Shown here in pieces: positions 1 through 7,900 of a DNA stretch of 32,000 nucleotides. The notes below the pieces were generated by a model. That model saw only the letters and a list, made by a program, of their open reading frames with translations, was not told where the DNA came from and made no database searches. The position numbers were made by a program, and so were the translations under genes. The number at the start of each line of letters is the position of its first letter. Positions within the stretch are counted from its first letter, which is position 1. The stretch covers positions 3,479,918 through 3,511,917 of the forward strand of contig CP071065.1 of NCBI GenBank assembly GCA_017164015.1. The letters run 5' to 3'. Source of the stretch: Nostoc sp. UHCC 0702 (GTDB taxonomy: Bacteria; Cyanobacteriota; Cyanobacteriia; Cyanobacteriales; Nostocaceae).

Positions 1-821
1 CCACTGGTATCTATTAATGCTTTTTGAGATAGGGCGATATCCTGAAAGTTTGTCACGCCCTCATAATTTAAATTCCACCCTTGACCATTAGCATTGAGAC
101 TGACTAAACCTCCTGCCACACTACCTAAATCAATGCGTCCGCCCTCAGCTTTTAGGGTTCCTCCTTCTGAGATAATCCCTCCTCCTACCAAGGCTAGGGT
201 ATTACCTGGTTTCACTTCCAGTCCGGTGGTGTTTCCTCTGGTGAAGGGTGAGAATATGGGACTCTCCAAACTGATGTTGTGTCCTTGACCTTGGAGGCGA
301 ATCGCTTGGGGATTCTGCCCAAATTGCAAGCCAATTGGCGCACTAATTGTTAATATAGGGGAAACTGAACTGTCAGTGGCGCTAAATTCTACACCATCAG
401 CAAATTTAAGGCTATTTGCCGTACTCGCCAAAAACGAGCCGCCAATATTAAGTTGAGCATTGGCACCAAAGTTAATGCCGCTGGGATTGATCAGAATGAA
501 ATTCGCACCGTAGTTATTTCTAATTAAGCCATCAATATTGGAAATTGACCCACCTGTCACTCGATTGATAATGTTAGTAATGTTGCTGCTGTTGTTGAAA
601 AAAGCCTCGCCATTGGTGGGAACAGAAAATTCTCGAAAGCTATGGAAAAGGTTGTTACCAACTTGTGCCCCTCCAGTAATTTCAAAGTTGTTGCCAGATT
701 GATTCACATTGCTAGGAAGGGTATTGTCTGGAGAAATTTGTGCCCGGGCTGGGGGGCTAGCTATTAGATAGCAGATAGTCGCAGTTATAGTAATTAAAAT
801 TTGGCCAGGGACTTGTTTCAT
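1..821 (-). CDS. Two-partner-secretion (TPS / haemagglutination-activity) domain exoprotein, N-terminal 273 codons; the ORF continues past the left edge
   Basis: Absent from the ORF track because there is no stop inside the window. Manual translation from the ATG (complement of 819-821) gives MKQVPGQILITITATICYLIASPPARAQISPDNTLPSNVNQSGNNFEITGGAQVGNNLFHSFREFSVPTNGEAFFNNSSNITNIINRVTGGSISNIDGLIRNNYGANFILINPSGINFGANAQLNIGGSFLAS... A signal peptide is followed by the NLFHSF..F and NPSGI.FG motifs that characterise FhaB/ShlA-type TPS domains. Confidence 0.85.
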   Translation of the reverse strand, partial: MKQVPGQILITITATICYLIASPPARAQISPDNTLPSNVNQSGNNFEITGGAQVGNNLFHSFREFSVPTNGEAFFNNSSNITNIINRVTGGSISNIDGLIRNNYGANFILINPSGINFGANAQLNIGGSFLASTANSLKFADGVEFSATDSSVSPILTISAPIGLQFGQNPQAIRLQGQGHNISLESPIFSPFTRGNTTGLEVKPGNTLALVGGGIISEGGTLKAEGGRIDLGSVAGGLVSLNANGQGWNLNYEGVTNFQDIALSQKALIDTS

Positions 822-962
822 TAGGAATCGGGAACAATTAATCCCACTGGAAAATTACTTAAGTATTTTTTAGTTTAATATAAGTAAATTCAACTAAAAA
901 TAATAATAAGATTGAGTCTGTATTCCAGCCTCGATTTTGGTCAAGAAAAGGAGTTAAGTAAT

Positions 963-1481
963 ATGAAGAAGTGGCAGTCTTGGGTAAATATGGGGACAAT
1001 GCCAATATTAACTCTGGGTGCTGTAGCTGCACTCTCTATGCCCAGCAGAGCTAGCAACGTACAAGTCACCTGCAAGAATAACGCCAGTACTCCAACGGTA
1101 ATTCTGACTTTGGTCAAAGATGGAATTGCCAAAGATTACCCGATTTTGAACTTTATCCCGGAATATTTCTCAGCGACCGATGCTGTGCAGAACTGTCAGA
1201 ATGCAGCTAAAAGTTTGCAAGCTGCCTATGATACGGGTAGTTCTAAATATTTGACGACTGACAAGCTTGGGGATCAACCTGTTGTCTGTGCGATCGCCCG
1301 CAGGGGTATCGGTTGCAATCATTACAGCGCTCAGGTTTTATTCAGTTTTAAGTCAACTGATAACCCCTCCCAAGCTTTATACGAAATGTTGGGTAGCGAT
1401 TTTAAGCAAGCCCAACCTCATGATGTGCGGACTATTAGCCGTACTTATACGGATACCAAACCTTCTTGGTGGCCCTTTTAA
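963..1481 (+). CDS. COP23-domain protein (circadian oscillating polypeptide family), secreted
   Basis: The ORF track starts this ORF at 912 on a TTG. The ATG at 963 is preceded by AAGGAG (949-954). It has a signal peptide (..LSMPSRA/SN). The conserved Cys pattern and the stretch YLTTDKLGDQPVVCAIARRGIGCNHYSAQVLFSFKSTDNPSQALYEML resemble COP23 family proteins as I remember them. No HMM was run. Confidence 0.65.
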   Translation: MKKWQSWVNMGTMPILTLGAVAALSMPSRASNVQVTCKNNASTPTVILTLVKDGIAKDYPILNFIPEYFSATDAVQNCQNAAKSLQAAYDTGSSKYLTTDKLGDQPVVCAIARRGIGCNHYSAQVLFSFKSTDNPSQALYEMLGSDFKQAQPHDVRTISRTYTDTKPSWWPF

Positions 1482-1487
1482 AGCGAC

Positions 1488-4466
1488 TCACTTGAAACAA
1501 GCGTTCTTAGCTTGTGCAGCAGCCTGGTAATCGGGTTTGAACTTCAAGGCTTCATCAAAAGCCGCGATCGCTCTAGTAGTTTGACGGAATTTACAGAGGC
1601 TCAACCCTAAATAATACCAGGTTTCAGCTTTTTGATTATTAGTTAGTTCGGGACGATCTAAAAGACGGTAAAATTGAGCGATCGCTTGATCGTCTCGCTT
1701 TAAGCCTTGCAGGGCGATGCCTTTACCCCGCAAAGCCACAAAGTACTTAGGATTATATTTTAATGACTGCTCATAGGCTGCTAAAGCTGCTTGGTAGTCT
1801 TGTTTTTGCAATAACACCTTAGCTTGATAGCTAAAAGCAATGGCTAATTCTTTGGCATTGCCATTTTGAGGTTCAACTTTTAAAAGCTCAATTGCTTGAT
1901 TCACAGCACTCAACGCTGTGTCTGGCTGTTTGAATGTTAGTAGGGCTTCGGTTTTATTAATCCAGAATACAGGATCATTTGAGTTGAGCATAATCGCTTG
2001 ATCAAAAGCCGCGATCGCTTCATTATATTGTTTGAGATTGTATAGAGCTTCCCCTCGGCAATTCCACGCATAAACAGCTTCTGGGTTAATGATAGTTGCT
2101 GTGGTGCAAGATTGTAGCATTTGCTTGTAGTCTTTCATGCGAGCTAGTGCATAGCCCCGGTTAGTCCAAGATTGATAGTAGTTGCTATCGATTTTTAAAA
2201 TGTTGTTGTATTTTGCGATCGCCTGTTGATATTCTCCTTGGTACAATAGCTCATTGCCTCGTTTAAAAATTATTTCTATTTGTAACCATTTAAAGACACT
2301 GAACCCTAAGACCATCAAGCTAGAACCACAAACCATCAAGCCAGCTATTGCCAACAATACCCAAAATCGTTGAATTCCTCTAGATTCAGCTGGGGCTATG
2401 GTATTGCTGTAATTCCAAGTATTAGGTGATGGAATCGGATTGTTATATAGGGTTGTTTCTGCTAATGAGGGTTGAAGTATTTTATCTAATTCCTGCTCTA
2501 CCCAATTTAGATCGAATACCGATTGATAAATGCGGTTTCCCAATTTCAAAAAGTCTTTTTGTTGCATTATCAATCCTAAATGCAATAGTTCTGCCTGTTC
2601 TGCACTGTGATCAATTGCAACTTCCCCCTGTTGCCAAACTTGTTTGTACAATTCCAACAGTGATAACGGGTCACATTGCTGATTGTGAATAATATTTTCT
2701 CTGATTTGTTGTAAATATTCAGCAGCAACTTGAGTTTGCCAATTATTAATCAAGCGGGTTTGTACTAACTGTTGCACTGTTGCGGCTTCTTGACCTGCGG
2801 CAATCATCACTTCTGATTCTGCAAGCAATTGACAAAGCTTGTGGGCGAGAATCGTTTGCCCATCTGTCCAAAACAACACTTCTGCTAGCACGACTTCTGG
2901 ACAATTAGCTTTTTCATCTAACTTGAATAATTTGATGGTCTTGGGGCTAAACAGTCTTAATCTGGCTGATTCTTGCTCTATCCAATAGCGATCAAATACT
3001 GATTGGTAAATACGGTTTCCCAATTTCAACAAGTCTTTTTCTTGCACTACCAATCCTAAATGCAATAGTTCTGCCTGTTCTGGACTGTGATCAACTAAAA
3101 CTTCCCCTTGTTGCCAAACAAGCTTGTACAATTCCAAGAGTGATAACGGGTCACATTGCTGATTGTGAATAATATTTTCTCTGATTTGTTGTAAATGCTC
3201 AGCGGCTACTTGAGTTTGCCAATTATTAATCAAGTGGGTTTCTACTAGCTGTTGCACTGTTGCGGCTTCTTGACCTGCGGCAATCATCACTTCTGATTCT
3301 GCAAGCAATTGACAAAGCTTTTGGGTTAGTATTAGTTGTCTATCTGTCCAAGACAACACTTCTGCCAGTACAACTTCCGGAGAATCGGCTTTTTCATCTA
3401 ATTTGAATAATTTGATGGTGTTGGGGCTAAACAGTCGGAAATGGGATAATTCTAATTCTATCCAATTGAGGTCGAATACCGATTGGTAAATGCGGTTTCC
3501 CAATTTCAATAAGTCTTTTTGTGGCACTACCAATCCTAGATGCAATAGTTCTGCCTGTTCTGGACTGTGATCAACTAAAACTTCCCCTTGTTGCCAAACA
3601 AGCTTGTACAATTCCAACAGTAATAATGGGTCACATTGCTGATTGTGAATAATATTTTCTCTGATTTGTTGTAAATACTCAGCAGCCACTTGAGTTTGCC
3701 AATTATTAATCAAGCGGGTTTGTACTAGCTGTTGCACTGTTGCAGCTTCTTGACCTGCGGTAATCATCACTTCTGATTCTGCAAGCAATTGACAAAGCTT
3801 TTGGGTTAGTATCGGTTGCCCATCTGTCCAAAACAACACTTCTGCCAGCACATCTTCCGGACAATTAGCTTTTTCATCTAACTTGAATAATTTGATGGTG
3901 CTGCGGCTAAACAGTCTTAACTTGGAAGATTTATGCTCTACCAATTTGGGAGCTAAAACCGATTGCTCAATGGAGTTTAAGGTTTTCAAATTGTTCTGCT
4001 GTGGCACTATCATTCCCAGGTGTAATTGTTCTGACTGCACTAAACTTTCATCCGTTGAGGCTTTTTCTTGTTGCCAGATGTGCTGCAATTCATATGGCAA
4101 AGCAAGATGCTCCAAAAAAAATTTAATTGTAGTAGGTTTCAACCAACCTTTAAGTACAGCTAATTCCCCAAAGCGAAGATTTTTCTGGGATTGTTCAGCG
4201 AGGATAGTTTTAATTTGGTGTTCATTTAACAGCCCAGCTGCTTCTAAATATTTACCCAAGGGTTGTTTTGGTTTCTCCTTCAGTAGAACTGTCCACTGAT
4301 AAGAGAAAAAATCAGCCGTTTTTTGTTTTAGCCATCCATGAGAGGCTAGAATTTCACCGAACCGCAACCCCTGAACTAGTGTTTGCTCTTTGAGGGCAAT
4401 TTCTACCTGTTCAGATGAAATCAGGTCAGCTTGTTGTAAAACTTTACCAAGCGGCTTCATAAACAA
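1488..4466 (-). CDS. Multidomain membrane protein: two MshEN/GspE-N-like segments, three 160-aa repeats of an ATPase-derived winged-helix/helical module, one TM helix, and a C-terminal TPR region
   Basis: 992-aa ORF. The N-terminus carries PLGKVLQQADLISSEQVEIALKEQ-TLVQG-LRFGEIL.. and PLGKYLEAAGLLNEHQIKTILAEQ-SQKNL-RFGELAVLKGWL... Three near-identical units contain WTDGQPILTQKLCQLL ... EQAELLHLGLVV ... NRIYQSVFD. There is one TM segment (RFWVLLAIAGLMVCGSSLMVLGFSVF), followed by about seven TPR-like repeats (..YQGEYQQAIAKYNNILKIDSNYYQSW..). Confidence 0.85.
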   Translation of the reverse strand: MFMKPLGKVLQQADLISSEQVEIALKEQTLVQGLRFGEILASHGWLKQKTADFFSYQWTVLLKEKPKQPLGKYLEAAGLLNEHQIKTILAEQSQKNLRFGELAVLKGWLKPTTIKFFLEHLALPYELQHIWQQEKASTDESLVQSEQLHLGMIVPQQNNLKTLNSIEQSVLAPKLVEHKSSKLRLFSRSTIKLFKLDEKANCPEDVLAEVLFWTDGQPILTQKLCQLLAESEVMITAGQEAATVQQLVQTRLINNWQTQVAAEYLQQIRENIIHNQQCDPLLLLELYKLVWQQGEVLVDHSPEQAELLHLGLVVPQKDLLKLGNRIYQSVFDLNWIELELSHFRLFSPNTIKLFKLDEKADSPEVVLAEVLSWTDRQLILTQKLCQLLAESEVMIAAGQEAATVQQLVETHLINNWQTQVAAEHLQQIRENIIHNQQCDPLSLLELYKLVWQQGEVLVDHSPEQAELLHLGLVVQEKDLLKLGNRIYQSVFDRYWIEQESARLRLFSPKTIKLFKLDEKANCPEVVLAEVLFWTDGQTILAHKLCQLLAESEVMIAAGQEAATVQQLVQTRLINNWQTQVAAEYLQQIRENIIHNQQCDPLSLLELYKQVWQQGEVAIDHSAEQAELLHLGLIMQQKDFLKLGNRIYQSVFDLNWVEQELDKILQPSLAETTLYNNPIPSPNTWNYSNTIAPAESRGIQRFWVLLAIAGLMVCGSSLMVLGFSVFKWLQIEIIFKRGNELLYQGEYQQAIAKYNNILKIDSNYYQSWTNRGYALARMKDYKQMLQSCTTATIINPEAVYAWNCRGEALYNLKQYNEAIAAFDQAIMLNSNDPVFWINKTEALLTFKQPDTALSAVNQAIELLKVEPQNGNAKELAIAFSYQAKVLLQKQDYQAALAAYEQSLKYNPKYFVALRGKGIALQGLKRDDQAIAQFYRLLDRPELTNNQKAETWYYLGLSLCKFRQTTRAIAAFDEALKFKPDYQAAAQAKNACFK
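2490..4040. repeat. Tandem 480-bp coding repeat, three full copies plus a degenerate partial fourth
   Basis: The string gattg[ag]taaat[ag]cggtttcccaatttcaa begins at 2521, 3001 and 3481, an exact 480-bp period. Positions 3061-3120 and 3541-3600 are identical at 60 of 60 bases. Confidence 0.9.
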
Positions 4467-4649
4467 AGCAAATATTAAACTATAAAAATAGTTAATTAGA
4501 TTAGTTTTTTATTTGATATTAGGCCATTATTCTACCATCCACGTAACATTTGTGACTATTATAAATTATTAATTAATACCAAGTGGTTATCTTAGTTTTC
4601 ACGGAATCTGGGAAACCTCGTTTCCATTCCTCTTGGCTTGTATGAGAGT

Positions 4650-4740
4650 TGATACAAATAGGCAGCTTTCGGTGCAGGGGTGCTTTCGGTGCAGGGGTGC
4701 TTTGGATTTATCAGTAATTAAGTGAAATGGTATCAGCCAG
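4650..4740. repeat. Dispersed ~90-bp element, copy A: conserved flanks around a GTGCAGGG-type STRR core
   Basis: It shares tgatacaaataggcagct and atcagtaatt[ag]agtgaaa[tc]ggtat with 15204-15300. The core here is ggtgcaggggtgctttc repeated twice. Confidence 0.7.
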
Positions 4741-4961
4741 AATTTAATGGGGATCAGGGTTAGGGGGTCTAAGGGTAAATCCTTGATCTTACTGGCGTTT
4801 TCGGTCAAAACCCTGTTTCGTTCTGCCTTTGGTTAATACAAGTTACATTCAGGCTTCAGGTTATCGATGGTACTCTAGTCAAATCTCAATAATAATCAAC
4901 AAAAATAATAAGTATAATTAGCTACTAAATCTATCTTTCAACTTGTGTTGGCGACAACTTG

Positions 4962-7900
4962 ATGCTGGAACTTTGGAAAGTCCTTCTTGCTTATAAACAG
5001 TTTGTGCCCCACGGTCATTGCTATCTTTGGAAACCAGATTTAGTAGGGCTGCATATCGTATCCGACTTTTTAATTGCACTTGCTTATTATTCAATTCCTG
5101 TGACGCTACTTTATTTTGTTCGCAAGCGACAAGATTTGCCATTCAACTGGATATTTCTACTGTTTGCTACATTTATTGTCACTTGTGGTACCACTCACCT
5201 GATGGAAATTTGGACGCTGTGGTATCCTACCTATTGGTTAAGTGGTTGTATCAAAGCTATTACAGCTTTAGTATCAGTGTATACGGGTATTACGTTGATA
5301 CAGTTGATACCAAAAATCCTTGCTTTGCCTAGTTCTGCACAATTGGAGGCAGCCAACCAAGAACTGGAGCGGGAAATCAAGGAACGTAAACGAGCAGAAG
5401 AAGCTTTGCGCCATAGCAAACAACGCTGGCAGTTAGCCATAGCAGGTACTAATGAGGCGATTTGGGATTGGGATATATCTACTAATGAAACCTTCCGGTC
5501 TGAGCGTTGGTTCAAAATGTTGGGATACGATCGCCACGAACTCGGCAATAGTGATGAAGAGTGGGGCAAACGCATTCATCCTGATGATTATGAACGGGTA
5601 AATGCTGCTCAAACAGCTTATCTACTGCGACAAGCCCTAGATTATAACACAGAATATCGGCTTTTGTGCAAGGATGGTAATTACCGATGGTTTAGATCGC
5701 GGGCAAAAGCTGTTTGGGATGAGCAAGGAAATCCAGTGCGATTGGTTGGTTCCCTAGGAGACGTGAGCGATCGCAAACAGGCAGAACTGGCACTACAAGA
5801 GCGAGAAGCCATGTTGCGGCGGATTGGGGATAATCTGCCCAATGGCGCAGTTTATCAAGTGATCCGCGAATTGGATGGGAGCGATCGCTTTTCCTATATG
5901 AGTGCGGGAATTGAAAGACTAACGCAAGTCAAAGCAGAAGATGCACTACTAGATGCGAGTTTGCTGTATCGCCAGTTTATCCCAGAGGATGTGCCACGCC
6001 TGGAAGCAGCAGTTGAGCAATCCCGACAAAACCTGTCAATATTTGATATCCAACTGCGAATCCAAACGCCCAGTGGTCAGTTGAAATGGTTTCATTTTCG
6101 TTCTACGCCACGCCGCTTGGAAGATAATCGCGTGGTTTGGGATGGGCTGGTGGTGGATGTCACCGCCCTCAAACTTACAGAATCAAGGCTACGCAAGAGT
6201 AAAGCCTTGTTAGAAGAATCTCAGCAAGTCGCCCGTGTTGGTAATTGGGAATTTGATCTTGCTAGTCAAAAAATTACTTGGTCGAAGCAACTTTTCCAGC
6301 TTTTTAACAGAGATCCAGAGCAATCAGAACCGACTTATCAGGAAAATCTACAACTGTATTACCCAGAAGATGCCGGAAAATTAGCCCAAGCCGTGGAACG
6401 GGCAATTTCAACAGGCGAATCCTACAAACTGATTTTGCGTGTGTCTCAACCTGACGGGTCTGTTATGTATACCGAGGGCATTGGACATGCTGAATTGAAC
6501 GCCGATGGCAAAGTGATTCGCCTTTATGGCACCGCCCAAGATGTTACTGAACGCCAAGCCGCACTCAATGAACTGCAAGAGGCCCAAGAAAAACTGCGTC
6601 GCAGTGAAACCCTACTAGCTACCGCTCAAAAGATTGCTCATATGGGTAGTTGGGAATGGAACTTAATCGAGCAAAAGCAAATTTGGTCAACGGAAACTTT
6701 CCGCATCTTTGGGCTAAATCCCGCGAAATCAGCACCGACACAGGCGGAATTTATGCAGCTGGTTCACCCAGACGATCGCCCAGCCTTACAGACTCATTTT
6801 GTCACAGCGATCGCTCAAGGAACTCCTTTCAATGTTGAGTATCACATTGTGCGACCAGATAATTCATTGCGGTATCTTGAGTCCAGAGCAGAGGTAGCTT
6901 ATGATACTCAAGGGCAAACAATTAGGTTATATGGAGCCATTCTAGATATTACAGAACGTAAACAAACCGAGTTAGAAATTACCAAGAGCCGCGACTTGCT
7001 AGAAGCTGTCTATAACGAATCTGCTGATGCGCTGTTTTTGGTAGATATAGAATCAGGACTGACAACAGACTGTAACAATCGGGCAGTGGAACTATTCGCA
7101 GCCTCTAGCAAAGCCGAACTGATTGGGATTGTCGGTCAGACTCTGCAAAAGGTGCAGTTTACCGATGATGAGCTAACCAGCATCACAGAAGAAGTTAAGC
7201 ACCAAGGTGTGTGGAGTCGAGAAATTGAATACGTCACCAAGCAGGGCAATTGCTTTTGGGGAAACATCGCAGTTAAACAAATTCAGGTTGTCGATCAATT
7301 GATGAATTTGGTGCGGGTTACGGATATCAGCGTCCGCAAGCGTGCCGAAGCAGAACGCCAACAAGTAGAAGCAGCCTTAGCTAAAAGTGAAGAACAACTC
7401 AGGCTAACGCTGGAATTTAACCAAATCGGTATTTGGGATTGGGATGTGCAAACGGGAGCAGTAATTTGGAACGACAATCACTTCCGCTTGCTAGGGTTAG
7501 AACCAGAAAACAAAGCAGTGAAATATCAACTATGGCGCGATGCTGTTCATCCAGAGGATATCGACCGAGTTGAACAAATGATTACCAACGCGCTGACTAA
7601 GCATACCAGTTATGATGCAGAATATCGAGTGATTCATCCTGATGGCAAAGTGCGCTGGCTGACTGGCAAAGGACGCAGTATTTACAACCAAGCAGGTAAA
7701 CCTGTACGCATGTTGGGTGTGTTGATTGATGTTAGCGATCGCGCTTTTGCAGAAGAAGCCTTGCGTTCAAGTGAAGCTCGATTCCAAGCATTTATGGACA
7801 ACAGCCCAGTACTAGCTTGGATCACTGATGCTAATGGACATGTACTTTACTTAAACCAAACTTACCTACGTACATTTAAATTACTACCAGACCGGGTGAT

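Noticed and set aside
94-288. 64-aa plus-strand ORF at the left edge
   Set aside because: It is antisense to the well-supported TPS-domain coding frame, and it is Pro-rich and low in complexity.
2426-4299. Plus-strand ORFs at 2426-2692 and 3883-4299 inside the 992-aa gene, and similar nested ORFs in the kinase genes (5018-5332, 5231-5575, 6650-6838, 7173-7477, 8664-8964, 9623-9811, 10075-10314)
   Set aside because: All are embedded in, or antisense to, long ORFs with strong domain evidence. None has motifs or start signals of its own.
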